Assembly (NCBI GenBank): GCA_002269645.1
Contig: NIVC01003244.1
Span: 62,001 to 126,000, forward strand
Reading direction: 5' to 3'
Source: Macrostomum lignano
Taxonomy: Eukaryota
DNA length: 64,000 bases
A program made the translations under genes and the position numbers. The notes under the pieces are model-generated. The model was not told the origin of the DNA, made no database searches, and was given only the letters and a program-made list of their open reading frames with translations. The number at the start of each line of letters is the position of its first letter. The first letter of the stretch is position 1. Shown piece by piece: positions 1 through 15,200 of the stretch.

Positions 1-332
1 TAATAAATGCCTGATGTTTACAAAAATTAAAGAAACAATAAAATTGGATGTCATATCAAAAGACGAGCATTTGATTCTGCTTTTAAAAGCAATCCAAATT
101 TTGTACCGAGAAATTTCGGTATTGTATTTTTCGTACAGTGCTAGCCCTCAAGTATTTTTCCAGGAATTTAAGTTTTATTTACGTTCTTAATTACTTGAAA
201 CCTACGTTCATGCCCAAGCCTCGTGACGTTGTTCTAAGCTTAGAACTTGGTGACCACACATTTTTAAAATTAGTTTTGAAAGTTGCAAACTTGTAAAATA
301 CTTAATAAGTAGCCGAAAAAACCTTCTAACAG

Positions 333-1629
333 ATATTATCGCTGGGTCTGTGTCGCGAAGACACCGATCAACTGCACCACGAGGCATGGATTGGCCTAGT
401 CTATCCCAAAGAATCCGATTGGTTTGCGCCAAGCACCTGCAATCGACTGGCTGAGCAGACTCGGAGGGCGGCTAAACGAGGCGCCGTTGGATTAGTGTTC
501 GACGTGCGCAACGCTCACGGACACCTGCGAGAACAGGTAGACTATATTTAGAATTCTGGTATGATGATATGCTACTTGAATTAGGATATCAGCATTAAAC
601 AAGGTCTTCTGAATTATTTATTCCACAGCTAATGGAAGCTGGCAAAGACCAAGAAGGCTTCAACATCACGGTGGCAATAGTTGACTCAAGAGATGCAACA
701 AATTTAGACCTGTTGGAGTCGCTGGATTTAGCAAAATACCACGCCAAGGTTGACATTCGACCAGCTTCAAGCGTCAAAAGTCGGTACAGTGGTCGCACTG
801 GGAACCGAGGTCCCGAAACCACTCGGGTGACATTCTACGCGGAGATTGCGGCCTTCCTACTGTTCTTTCTGGCCTTCTGCATCATCGGAATCGGGCTGCT
901 AGTTAAGGTAGGAGAAGCTTTATAATAATATTTGGCTCTAGTTGAATAAAACTTCAACCAGACAGACGACAATTACAAAACACAATAGCACTAGTAAACA
1001 CTCGTCTACACTTCAAACTTTGTCTTAATGCAGTAGACGTTGTTGACGACTGAACTTTAATAGCACGACTATTTTTGCCACGTATGTGGCTCATGATTGT
1101 TTTAGCCAAAAAGTTATGTCCACTGTATATTGCCGGTAGCCATTTCTTTCTTCAGTTCTACTCCTATCGGGAAACCAACAACACAGCTGGGACGCTGTTA
1201 CTAAGGAACCCCAAGCTGGCAGGATCAGCAGCGGACCAGCATCTGACCCAGCATCTTCGCCGAGAATGTTGCTCAACCTGCTTGGAGCCGTTTCAAAACA
1301 CCAACGAGCCACACCGTACGCTGCCCTGCGGACACGGATTTCATTTGCAATGCCTCAACAATTGGCTAGCTGCCAATCAGACCTGTCCAATATGCAACCA
1401 CAATATTCTGGGCGAACCGCCACTTGAAGAAGACAATACAATGGAAACCATGACAACCACGGCTACGGCAACCACTGCGGTTGCGATAGAAACGGCTGTA
1501 TCCGACGAAGTCTATTCGTCTAACTATAGCGTACTATGCGACGACGGGCCAACAAACATTTCTAGCAGCAAATTTCTGTCAAACATAACAACAGGAAAAA
1601 CGAATCCGTCACGAGAGACAACGCTTTGA
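333..1629 (+). CDS. ZNRF3: ZNRF3/RNF43-like PA-TM-RING-H2 E3 ubiquitin ligase, 3' part (exons 333-536, 629-907, 1156-1629; 5' exon(s) not identified)
   Basis: GT-AG exons join in phase 0. The translation ILSLGLC..HEAWIGLV..RRAAKRGAVGLVFDV resembles the ZNRF3 PA domain (HPLGLC..YGWVGVV..KRAVQRGATAVIFDV). A TM helix ends in LLVK, followed by RING-H2 CSTC..CGHGFHLQC..W..TCPICNHNI. Symbol assigned from recalled similarity, not from a search. Confidence 0.75.
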
Positions 1630-4600
1630 TCATTGAGCAAGTTTTCTAGCATACTAACCTTGTATGCTCCAGTTTTTTCAAGACTTCATCGAATCAAAAC
1701 TCAACCGTGATCGGTTCAATAGAACCATATGTTCAACATTGTAAATATTGGCGTCAACTAATATTATTGTCATAAGATTTATTGATTAGTTATTTGCACG
1801 AACTATAACGGGTGGCCCAAGCACAGGGTTACACTTTAACTACCACTACCAATACCTGAAAGATATTTTACCTTAGCGCAGGGACGAAGTCCTCCCAACC
1901 ACAACAATTTTTGTTTTCTATAAAGTAGACTTAAGAAATTGTGGGGCGGTTGATAGAGTTTTGGCCATAGACAGCTGGTTGCATCAACTACTTTGGTGCT
2001 TTCCCTGCCGCTCAATTAGCAGGTGTTAATGCGTCAGTGGCTATTATTTAACGGGAACGGGACAAGCAGGCTAATGTACAATTCAAGCCAGTGCGAAACC
2101 AGAGTTATACAAGTTTATCAATTCAAACATACTAAAGAAATCAATGGAATGTTATAATCTGGCTTTGAGTGTTTTTTCATTTTAATTATATAAGCACATC
2201 ATTACAAACGCGATATTCTATTAAAATCGATCTATTTAAATTGTCCTATCACCTTCGTTCTTAATGCTGATAACTACGGCAAATTGTAAATATGACTCTC
2301 CCATAGTTGAAATCATCTATTCTATAATTTTGTTCTACAACATGCTTATTCCAGGACGTGTATTGAAGAATAAATTAATGCATGCCTATACTACTTAAAC
2401 ATTAAGGGCTCTATCGATTCAAGATTTACCTTAATTTCTAAGCACACTTAGCTCAACTTTTAAGAAAAACAATGAAAAATGAAGTAGTCAAGAATAGCGA
2501 CAAGTGAAAAAGATGTCATCAAAAAATGAAATAATCTTTGCTCGCATTTCAAACAGCTGAGATCTTTTTTTATACAATTTCCATTTTTTAATAAAAATTC
2601 AACAAAGTCAAACAATCAGCATGCAAAGGGTGACAGTTATACTTGGTATACTGGAGATGGCCCTTAAAACCGAATAAAAACCAAACCAAACCCGCAAACA
2701 CAGAACACAAAAGACAACAAATTTATTGAGTAAAAAGGCCAACACAAAATACGATTGGTGTCTGGAAAGTCCGCACACCTCTCGTAAAATTCTAAGAAAC
2801 ACATATATTAATCTAAGCCAAACACGTGAAAACGCGCCGTACTGATCAACAATAAACAACAAAATTGTTTATTACAAGAAAGTGAGAGCTTCAACCATAT
2901 TAAAACAAAGTTCAACGAATGAAATGTAACGAATACGCAATATACAATAAATAGATAGAATGTTTCGGTTTTACAAGCCAATAATGTTGAATAAATACAC
3001 ACGAATAGAACACAGAAATGCTTAGTAAAAGAAATACATTTTATTTGTGCTGGTAGCGCTCCACCCAAATCTGTCAGCTCCAGACGGATCTAAAAATGAC
3101 AAAGTAATAAAAGAAAAAAAGAAAAAGAAAAAAAGCACTTTCAGCCTACTGTCAGTAAAACAAAGAATTGTTCCGTTTAACTGTTTTTAAAAAGCTGCTA
3201 ATGAAATAGCTTTAGATAAGGTTTTTTAACTGAAAACTAAAGGATTTGAAGGATTCTGAATTAAAGTAAAGACAAAAGGGCAAGGAATTGCGAAAGAATT
3301 AGTAGTCACACTATAATTCTATAATTTTGAACGAAATTAAAAAAGAGGGGTTTAGAGAAATGAGAACGAGGAAGAGAGGTGTCCTTGACAGCGCGACCGG
3401 CGATTAAATGGAGCAAACAAAAAGCCAATGAATGAGGAAAAGAAGCACAGCAATGCAGCTGAGGTGCCGAAAGGACACATAAGATACAGTGAGACACACA
3501 TGAGATACAGGTGACACACACGAGATACAGGTGACACACACAGGAGATACAGGTGACACACACGAGATACAGGTGACACACACACAGGAGATACAGGTGA
3601 TACACACACAGGAGATACAGGTGACACACACGAGATACAGGTGACACACACACAGGAGATACAGGTGATACACACACAGGAGATACAGATGACACACACA
3701 CAGGAGATACAGGTGACACACACACAGGAGATACAGGTGATACACACACAGGAGATACAGGTGACACACACAGGAGATACAGGTGACACACACACAGGAG
3801 ATACAGGTGATACACACGAGATACAGGTGACACACACACAGGAGATACAGGTGATACACACACAGGAGATACAGGTGACACACACACAGGAGATACAGGT
3901 GACACACACACAGGAGATACAGGTGACACACACACAGGAGATACAGGTGACACACACACAGGAGATACAGGTGATACACACACAGGAGATACAGGTGACA
4001 CACACAGGAGATACAGGTGACACACACACAGGAGATACAGGTGATACACACACAGGAGATACAGGTGACACACACAGGAGATACAGGTGACACACACACA
4101 GGAGATACAGGTGATACACACACAGGAGATACAGGTGACACACACACAGGAGATACAGGTGACACACACACAGGAGATACAGGTGATACACACACAGGAG
4201 ATACAGGTGACACACACACAGGAGATACAGGTGACACACACACAGGAGATACAGGTGACACACACACAGGAGATACAGGTGATACACACACAGGAGATAC
4301 AGGTGACACACACAGGAGATACAGGTGACACACACACAGGAGATACAGGTGATACACACACAGGAGATATAATGACACACACAGGACACACACAGACACA
4401 CACAGGAGATATAATGACACACACAGGAGATACAGGTGACACACACACAGGAGATACAGGTGACACACACACAGGAGATACAGGTGATACACACACAGGA
4501 GATATAATGACACACACAGGACACACACAGACACACACAGGAGATATAATGACACACACAGGAGATACAGGTGACACACACACAGGAGATACACAGGAGA

Positions 4601-4747
4601 TACAGGTGACACACACACAGGAGATACAGGTGACACACACAAGAGATACAGCTGTGACACAGGTGACACACAGGACAGGAGGGACTTTTTGTATTTAACA
4701 AAATCTATAACAAAAATTGACAAACTGATCAGAAAAAGATACGAAGG
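1517..4747. repeat. First copy of a ~3.23-kb near-identical duplication
   Basis: Matches 5158-8393 apart from a few single-base indels in homopolymers; ends at the N gap. Confidence 0.9.
3490..4675. repeat. Minisatellite, ~22-24 bp unit (ACACACACAGGAGATACAGGTG)
   Basis: Direct reading of tandem units. Confidence 0.95.
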
Positions 4748-5157
4748 NNNNNNNNNNNNNNNNNNNNNNNNNNNNNNNNNNNNNNNNNNNNNNNNNNNNN
4801 NNNNNNNNNNNNNNNNNNNNNNNNNNNNNNNNNNNNNNNNNNNNNNNNNNNNNNNNNNNNNNNNNNNNNNNNNNNNNNNNNNNNNNNNNNNNNNNNNNNN
4901 NNNNNNNNNNNNNNNNNNNNNNNNNNNNNNNNNNNNNNNNNNNNNNNNNNNNNNNNNNNNNNNNNNNNNNNNNNNNNNNNNNNNNNNNNNNNNNNNNNNN
5001 NNNNNNNNNNNNNNNNNNNNNNNNNNNNNNNNNNNNNNNNNNNNNNNNNNNNNNNNNNNNNNNNNNNNNNNNNNNNNNNNNNNNNNNNNNNNNNNNNNNN
5101 NNNNNNNNNNNNNNNNNNNNNNNNNNNNNNNNNNNNNNNNNNNNNNNNNNNNNNNNN
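4748..5157. other. Assembly gap (410 N)
   Basis: Run of N. Confidence 1.
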
Positions 5158-8100
5158 CGTCTAACTATAGCGTACTATGCGACGACGGGCCAACAAACAT
5201 TTCTAGCAGCAAATTTCTGTCAAACATAACAACAGGAAAAACGAATCCGTCACGAGAGACAACGCTTTGATCATTGAGCAAGTTTTCTAGCATACTAACC
5301 TTGTATGCTCCAGTTTTTTCAAGACTTCATCGAATCAAAACTCAACCGTGATCGGTTCAATAGAACCATATGTTCAACATTGTAAATATTGCGTCAACTA
5401 ATATTATTGTCATAAGATTTATTGATTAGTTATTTGCACGAACTATAACGGGTGGCCCAAGCACAGGGTTACACTTTAACTACCACTACCAATACCTGAA
5501 AGATATTTTACCTTAGCGCAGGGACGAAGTCCTCCCAACCACAACAATTTTTGTTTTCTATAAAGTAGACTTAAGAAATTGTGGGGGCGGTTGATAGAGT
5601 TTTGGCCATAGACAGCTGGTTGCATCAACTACTTTGGTGCTTTCCCTGCCGCTCAATTAGCAGGTGTTAATGCGTCAGTGGCTATTATTTAACGGGAACG
5701 GGACAAGCAGGCTAATGTACAATTCAAGCCAGTGCGAAACCAGAGTTATACAAGTTTATCAATTCAAACATACTAAAGAAATCAATGGAATGTTATAATC
5801 TGGCTTTGAGTGTTTTTTCATTTTAATTATATAAGCACATCATTACAAACGCGATATTCTATTAAAATCGATCTATTTAAATTGTCCTATCACCTTCGTT
5901 CTTAATGCTGATAACTACGGCAAATTGTAAATATGACTCTCCCATAGTTGAAATCATCTATTCTATAATTTTGTTCTACAACATGCTTATTCCAGGACGT
6001 GTATTGAAGAATAAATTAATGCATGCCTATACTACTTAAACATTAAGGGCTCTATCGATTCAAGATTTACCTTAATTTCTAAGCACACTTAGCTCAACTT
6101 TTAAGAAAAACAATGAAAAATGAAGTAGTCAAGAATAGCGACAAGTGAAAAAGATGTCATCAAAAAATGAAATAATCTTTGCTCGCATTTCAAACAGCTG
6201 AGATCTTTTTTTATACAATTTCCATTTTTTAATAAAAATTCAACAAAGTCAAACAATCAGCATGCAAAGGGTGACAGTTATACTTGGTATACTGGAGATG
6301 GCCCTTAAAACCGAATAAAAACCAAACCAAACCCGCAAACACAGAACACAAAAGACAACAAATTTATTGAGTAAAAAGGCCAACACAAAATACGATTGGT
6401 GTCTGGAAAGTCCGCACACCTCTCGTAAAATTCTAAGAAACACATATATTAATCTAAGCCAAACACGTGAAAACGCGCCGTACTGATCAACAATAAACAA
6501 CAAAATTGTTTATTACAAGAAAGTGAGAGCTTCAACCATATTAAAACAAAGTTCAACGAATGAAATGTAACGAATACGCAATATACAATAAATAGATAGA
6601 ATGTTTCGGTTTTACAAGCCAATAATGTTGAATAAATACACACGAATAGAACACAGAAATGCTTAGTAAAAGAAATACATTTTATTTGTGCTGGTAGCGC
6701 TCCACCCAAATCTGTCAGCTCCAGACGGATCTAAAAATGACAAAGTAATAAAAGAAAAAAAGAAAAAGAAAAAAAGCACTTTCAGCCTACTGTCAGTAAA
6801 ACAAAGAATTGTTCCGTTTAACTGTTTTTAAAAAGCTGCTAATGAAATAGCTTTAGATAAGGTTTTTTAACTGAAAACTAAAGGATTTGAAGGATTCTGA
6901 ATTAAAGTAAAGACAAAAGGGCAAGGAATTGCGAAAGAATTAGTAGTCACACTATAATTCTATAATTTTGAACGAAATTAAAAAAGAGGGGTTTAGAGAA
7001 ATGAGAACGAGGAAGAGAGGTGTCCTTGACAGCGCGACCGGCGATTAAATGGAGCAAACAAAAAAGCCAATGAATGAGGAAAAGAAGCACAGCAATGCAG
7101 CTGAGGTGCCGAAAGGACACATAAGATACAGTGAGACACACATGAGATACAGGTGACACACACGAGATACAGGTGACACACACAGGAGATACAGGTGACA
7201 CACACGAGATACAGGTGACACACACACAGGAGATACAGGTGATACACACACAGGAGATACAGGTGACACACACGAGATACAGGTGACACACACACAGGAG
7301 ATACAGGTGATACACACACAGGAGATACAGATGACACACACACAGGAGATACAGGTGACACACACACAGGAGATACAGGTGATACACACACAGGAGATAC
7401 AGGTGACACACACAGGAGATACAGGTGACACACACACAGGAGATACAGGTGATACACACGAGATACAGGTGACACACACACAGGAGATACAGGTGATACA
7501 CACACAGGAGATACAGGTGACACACACACAGGAGATACAGGTGACACACACACAGGAGATACAGGTGACACACACACAGGAGATACAGGTGACACACACA
7601 CAGGAGATACAGGTGATACACACACAGGAGATACAGGTGACACACACAGGAGATACAGGTGACACACACACAGGAGATACAGGTGATACACACACAGGAG
7701 ATACAGGTGACACACACAGGAGATACAGGTGACACACACACAGGAGATACAGGTGATACACACACAGGAGATACAGGTGACACACACACAGGAGATACAG
7801 GTGACACACACACAGGAGATACAGGTGATACACACACAGGAGATACAGGTGACACACACACAGGAGATACAGGTGACACACACACAGGAGATACAGGTGA
7901 CACACACACAGGAGATACAGGTGATACACACACAGGAGATACAGGTGACACACACAGGAGATACAGGTGACACACACACAGGAGATACAGGTGATACACA
8001 CACAGGAGATATAATGACACACACAGGACACACACAGACACACACAGGAGATATAATGACACACACAGGAGATACAGGTGACACACACACAGGAGATACA

Positions 8101-8393
8101 GGTGACACACACACAGGAGATACAGGTGATACACACACAGGAGATATAATGACACACACAGGACACACACAGACACACACAGGAGATATAATGACACACA
8201 CAGGAGATACAGGTGACACACACACAGGAGATACACACAGGAGATACAGGTGACACACACACAGGAGATACAGGTGACACACACAAGAGATACAGCTGTG
8301 ACACAGGTGACACACAGGACAGGAGGGACTTTTTGTATTTTAACAAAATCTATAACAAAAATTGACAAAACTGATCAGAAAAAGATACGAAGG
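5158..8393. repeat. Second copy of the duplication (probable contig-overlap artefact), including a second copy of the minisatellite at ~7132-8320
   Basis: Offset ~3641 from the first copy; starts immediately after the gap. Confidence 0.9.
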
Positions 8394-8947
8394 GAACGGG
8401 AACTCAGTTATCGCGACCTGAGCAATGAAATGCTAAATCTGTAGTCAGAAAATACTGGTACTAACCCAAAGGGAGCAGTGTGTTTTTTCAATTCTAGAAT
8501 TGATTTCAACCAAAAATAACACGCATTTGAGCCTAGATTTTGGATAGAACTATCCATTTAGTAGCTTAACTATGAAATACTAGATAAATATTATTATTTA
8601 TAGAATATAGGCAGAAACGAGTGCCAGGAAACGACTAGATCAGCAGTTTCGCTATAAGGAGACAGTCATTGCCGCACATGCATGGAAGGATTCGTGGCTC
8701 TACTTATAAGATATCTCTGCGCTCTGTGCTTGGGAGATCCGCTTTGAAGTTATTACTTCCATTGCCTGCATCTAACTGCACAAGCCTGCATGTATATACG
8801 AAAATACAAAGGCATAGTTATATTTTTCTGCTAGGGAGGGGGTACATAGCAATGTGAAGCTTTGATTGCAATGCAGGGTTGCTATATAGCAATGCGTAAC
8901 AAATTAGGGATAAACAAGCTCTTGAGAAAATACTGAGGCAGATAAGC

Positions 8948-9125
8948 AGGACAGACAGACAAACAGCAGACAGACAGGAAGGCAGGCAGACAGACAGACA
9001 GACAGACAGAGACAGACACTAAGACAGACAGACAGACAGACAGGAAGACAGACAGACAGACAGACAGACAGGAAGGCAGGCAGACAGACAGACAGACAGA
9101 CAGACAGAAAGACAGACAGGAAGGC

Positions 9126-9170
<45 letters not shown>

Positions 9171-9244
9171 CAGACAGACACACAGACAGACAGACAGACA
9201 GACAGACACAGACAGACACACAGACAGACAGGAAGGCAGACAGA
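8948..9244. repeat. (CAGA)n microsatellite
   Basis: Direct reading. Confidence 0.95.
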
Positions 9245-9278
9245 CTATAACACAGAACAAGCCAGTGAGCAAGCCTAC

Positions 9279-12200
9279 CTAGGTGTACCTGACCGCATTT
9301 CCACTGGAGAGCCTGCTGCCAATAACCAAGTCATTGCCGGCATCGAAGTCAACGCTCCAGCACTCTCCATTAGTTATGGCGGTAGCAGCGTCGGAGCCTG
9401 TGGCCGAGATAGCTACAGTGGCGGCGGCAGGGCCAGCAGTAGAGACGACGGACAGCTGAGTTTGTCGCCAAGCACCGGTAAGAGTCAAGGTCTGGTGGGA
9501 CAGCGGCACAATGGGCCTCGGGGGCGGCCTAGCGGCCAATTGCCGGTCACTGTTGCATTGGACACCGCTAGCGGCATTGCCAACAGCGGCCTCGCTAACT
9601 ACCCCGTTTAACTCTGTGTCCAAATATTCCAAGCACTCTAATCTAGTATCGTCTATTCGCCTGATATTGTTGAGGCGATTAGTTGCCATGGCAACCATAG
9701 CTTCGGCGGCCTCGGCTTCGGCTCGGCGACGCTTATCAACGCATGAAGGCAAACTTTGAGAAGCTTCAATGTCGGAATGACTACGTTTTCTGCTGCTACT
9801 AGAAGCAACGGTGCTAGACTGTTGCTGCGATTCCTGATGACACTGGAAATCCACAGCGCTGTTATAAGCTGCCTGCAAAGCTCTAGCCAGCTGTTGATAG
9901 GCATTAGCCAACGGCTCCGGGACAGTGAATTTCCTATCCGACATTGTCGTGTCAAAGACATCGAAATTGTCAATAACTGGACTTGCGGAGCAATCGCAGG
10001 AATTCAAATAACTTTCAGCTATCACTGGCGGATCTAAAGTCCTTGTTTCTTGATCGGAGGAGTCTTTGTTAAGATCGTCAATAGTTAACACGTCAACAAC
10101 TTCGAGACAGTCAAAGTCTAGACTATCTGCATCGCTATTATTGTCGTCAGAATGCTTGTCTGACTGTTCAGCAATCTGTTGAAGCTGCTGATGCTGTTGC
10201 TGATGCGGATGCAGCTCAGACAATGATGAGGTCGCAGGAGTAGCCGGTCCAAAATGCTGACTACTAATAGTAGGATTAGACATCGGATTATCCGAGCTAG
10301 ACAATAAACTTAATGGAGCTTCGCCCAGGTCGTCGCCATTCGGCAGGTCGGCCGCACCGCTGGAAAAGTCCGAGCCCTGATCGAATTTAAACAGCGAATC
10401 AGCCGCAGCGGCAGCCGCCTCGGTGCCAACCTCCGAGCTGGCATCCGCCGTTAACAGATAATCTTCTATCGACAATTCTTCCCTAACACCGCCATCGCCT
10501 TCGTCTTCGCTAATAGGCTCAAATACCGGAGTCTGCAATGCGGAGCTTCTTTCCTCATCAATTTTATTGACCTCCCTCTCTACCCTAGCTTCTTGCCGAT
10601 GGTGATTGTTAACCGTGGACGCCTGCTGCGAATGACTGGCATGACAGAAGCCGTAGAACAGGCTTGGGTACAGGCTGTCATAATGAGTTACAGCATCAGC
10701 ATCCGCCTGACCTGGCGATGACAACAGCTGGCCCAGATCCACACTGAGCGCATCGCCAAGAAGGTCTGGTGAGTATAAAGTTGGCGGCTGTGACAGTAAC
10801 TGTTGCTGCTGCTGTTGTTGTGTCTGCTGCTGATGCTCCTGAGATGAAAATTCCATACCGTCAAAGTAGCGAGCCAACGCTAATCTAACGTAATCGCGCA
10901 TTACGCCTACCCGATGCGGGGAGCTGCGCACCGGACAGCTGCGGGCCCAGCGGCGACTGCGGCGCCAAAGAGCTCCAACTGCTTCTGTGGGATAAGGGGA
11001 AGGGGATGGGTTATGGGGTCAGATAGGGGGTCAGATGGAGTCATATAAGAGGGGGTCAGATAAGGGTCAGATGGAGTCATATAAGAGGGGGTCAGATATA
11101 ACAGGGGGTCAGATAGGGGGTTAGATGGAGTCATATAAGAGGGGGTCAGATAGGGGTCATGTAGGGGGTCAGATAGGGGTCATGTAGGGGGGGGGTCAGA
11201 TAGGGGTCATGTAGGGGGGTCAGATAGGGTCATGTAGGGGGTCATGTAGGGGGATCAGATAGGGTCATGTAGGGGGGTCAGATAGGGGGTCATGTAGGGG
11301 GTCAGATAGGGGTCATGTAGGGGGGTCAGATAGGGGTCATGTAGGGGGGTCAGATAGGGTCATGTAGGGGGGTCAGATAGGGGGTCATGTAGGGGGTCAG
11401 ATAGGGGTCATGTATTAGGGTGAGGTGGATTAATGTGAGATGGATTAGGGGGGAGAGATTAGAGCATGGATGGATTAGGGTGGGGTGGATCAAGGTGGGA
11501 TGGATTAGGGTAAAGAGGATTCGAATAAGGTTGTGAATGTATATTTCTAATTTGCAGCCGCAACAATAAAATAGCTAAAAAATGACTTGAAATTCTTAGT
11601 TTGGCTAAAACCCACAATACCTACTAATCTATATCTAGTTGCTTTATTTCAAATCTATTTTAGAGCTTAAGTATTATTTAAATTAAAACAAAAACAACAC
11701 GCTACGACACGACACGTATACCTGGTTTCTAGGGCACAGGGGAACAGTAACCTAAATACGAGTACAACAGATAAAGAGACACGCAAGACAGAAAAATATA
11801 AAGAATGAATAAAGCAATTAAAGTATATAGACAAAAATAAGCTAGAGTGAGTCACTGGCCTACACACTGGACAGGAGTGACACACAGGGTGAAGCACTGG
11901 ACAGGAGTGACACACAGGGTGAAGCACTGGACAGGAGTGACACACAGGGTAAAAGCACTGGACAGGAGTGACACACAGGGTGAAGCACTGGACAGGAGTG
12001 ACACACAGGGTGAAGCACTGGACAGGAGTGACACACAGGGTGAAGCACTGGACAGGAGTGACACACAGGGTGAAGCACTGGACAGGAGTGACACACAGGG
12101 TGAAGCACTGGACAGGAGTGACACACAGGGTGAAGCACTGGACAGGAGTGACACACAGGGTGAAAGCACTGGACAGGAGTGACACACAGGGTAAAATCAC

Positions 12201-15200
12201 TGATCAGGAGTGACCCACAGGGTAAAATCACTAGACAGGAGTGACACACAGGGTGAAAGCACTGGACAGGAGTGACACACAGGGTAAAAGCACTGGACAG
12301 GAGTGACACACAATGTGAAAGCACTGGACAGGAGTGACACACAGGGTGAAAGCACTGGACAGGAGTGACCCACAGGGTGAAAGCACTGGACAGGAGTGAC
12401 ACACAGGGTAAAAGCACTGGACAGGAGTGACACACAGTGTGAAAGCACTGGACAGGAGTGACACACAGGGTGAAAGCACTGGACAGGAGTGACCCACAGG
12501 GTGAAAGCACTGGACAGGAGTGACACACAGGGTAAAATCACTGATCAGGAGTGACCCACAGGGTAAAATCACTGATCAGGAGTGACCCACAGGGTGAAAG
12601 CACTGGACAGGAGTGACCCACAGGGTGAAATCACTGATCAGGAGTGACCCACAGGGTAAAATCACTGATCAGGAGTGACCCACAGGGTGAAAGCACTGGA
12701 CAGGAGTGACCCACAGGGTAAAATCACTGATCAGGAGTGACCCACAGGGTAAAATCACTAGACAGGAGTGACTCACAGTGTAAAAATACTGAATAGGAGT
12801 GACGAGTGACTCACAGGGGAAAACCACTGCTCAGGAGTGACCCACAGGGTAAGAGCACAGGATACCTTTCATAACCTCTGTATGTTTATTCAGAAAAAAA
12901 CCGACCAAAGGATAAAACTAAAAGTGCGGTGCTCTTAATAAAATACTTGCACATGTAGAATACAGATTGCAAGGTGCAAAGCTTTGCTAACTACTTGTGC
13001 ACATAATAACGTTATGTAATACATCTGCATGCTAGTATGCTGTCATATCATTGCAAAAAATGTTCTGCAATAAATTACAACACTTATCATGTAGGTACAA
13101 CGTAATAATATAATAATAATAACTGCTTACTGCCAAAGGTTTAGAATCCAAATATGAGTCTGCAGTGCTGGAATATAATATTCAACTTATATTACATTAC
13201 TTTTAATATATGGAGAATATTTATAGGTACACACATAGGTACACACAGGGGTAACAAGTGTACTAGTAATTAAACAATGCATTTTATCATACACTTTTTT
13301 GTGTGTTTATCCAGATCCGCCATCTACTTTCTCCGGTTCTATGATGCCTACCTAATTATTTCTTGCTAGCTATTCAGCTAGCTAACAGGCGCGCGTGTAA
13401 CTAAGCCAAATAGTGCAATATCAAGGTAAATAGACGATACCTACTGACTGAATGGCATTAGTTAAGGGGCAGGGGCGTGATACAGACCTGACTGACTGGA
13501 GATTATACTCAGCTAAGAGACTAGATTTTAAACAGCTATGAGACTAAACTATTGTTAGCTATGAGACTAGATAATCAGCGATGAGACTAGATTATAATCA
13601 ACTATGATACTAGACTATAATCAGCTATGAGACTAGATTATAATCAGCTATGAGACTAGATTATAATCAGCTATGAGACTAGATTATAATCAGCTATGAG
13701 ACTAGATTATAAACAGCTATGAGACTAGATTATAATCAGCTATGAGACTAGATTATAATCAGCTATGAGACTAGATTATAAACAGCTATGAGACTAGATT
13801 ATAATCAGCTATGAGACTAGATTTTAAACAGCTATGAGACTAGATTATAATCAGCTGAGACTAGATTATAAACAGCTATGAGGCTAGATTATAATCAACT
13901 ATGAGACTAGATTATAAACAGCTATGAGACTAGATTATAATCAGCTATGAGACTAGATTATAAACAGCTATGAGACTAGATTACAATCAGCTATGAGGCT
14001 AGATTATAATCAACTATGAGACTAGATTACAATCAGCTATGAGGCTAGATTATAATCAACTATGAGACTAGATCACCGTCTTTTATTACGGTTAGGACAG
14101 CAAAACAGTTTTAGTAATACTACTGAAATTACTGTAAAATCTTACTCACCTTTACACCTAGCCTCGGCGTTCCAATATCCCAACACCAGATCCGTCAGGC
14201 TCTCCAAATAGCTGAATGTTTTGTGATCAAACGTAGCAATGGTCACTTTATTACCGTTAAGGCCGGAGAATATTTGCTGCTTAGCCATTGGATACCGCAA
14301 CCGGCTGAGACTGCCAACGCGATACACACCAGAGCTGGGAGAGGCTGTGGATTGGGTTTTTGGGGAGAGGAGGATAAAGGATCAATGTTCATTACAATGT
14401 TTATACGAAATTCAAGGTGACGGGAAGTACAATATATGAAAGCTGGTTATAAAACGGCGAATGAGTAGTTTTAATAAATACAAATAGATGATGAACAGGT
14501 GTGGGACTAAATATAGCAGGGATTAGACTAGATTAGGCAAGTATGAGCCTAGGTTACAACGGATACAAGACTGGATAATAAAGGATGTCACTTGAATATT
14601 AGGGGTATGAGACTAGATTATAATGGATAATACTAGATTACAATAGATATAAGACTAACTAGATTACAATGGATATTGTAATAGATTATACTGATTATAA
14701 TAGGTTATACTAGATTACAAGGGATATGAGACAAGATTATAATAGGTACGAGACTAGATTATAATAAATTTGAGACTAGATTATAATAGATGAGACTAGA
14801 TTACAATGGATATGAGAATAGATTATAATGGATATGAGACGAGATTACGATGGATATGACACTAGATTACAACGAATATGAGAATAGATGATAAGAAAAT
14901 CAAAGCTCACGCTTAAATTTCGTCAGACACAGTCTCCATTCTCTAGTCAAATTTGTTCTCAATTCAAGCGCCACAGAGCACAGGTCTTTCACTTGACAGC
15001 CGCGCAGGGTCCTGTTGTTAATGGCGACGGCAGTGGACTCGGACACGAGGCGATGAAAATAACGCGCCTTCTTGGAGATACGAGGCGACTGCCGGCAAGG
15101 CTGGTCGATCAGCTGATCTGGAGATGTTCATGATTTTGAAGGATAGATTAATAATCTCAAATCAAATTATTGCAATACATTGTCGCCCTTGGGATTCAGG

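Noticed and set aside
3306-4723. Long Cys/Val/Ser- or Thr/His/Gln-rich ORFs (also at 6947-8368, 11667-12572, 26448-26843, 29378-29954, 33581-34198, 40075-40766, 55860-56959, 63036-63615)
   Set aside because: They are open in several frames on both strands because the minisatellite units lack stops; no coding signature.
11862-12850. CRISPR-like appearance of regular arrays here and elsewhere
   Set aside because: Units are contiguous with no unique spacers, there are no cas genes, and the DNA is eukaryotic.
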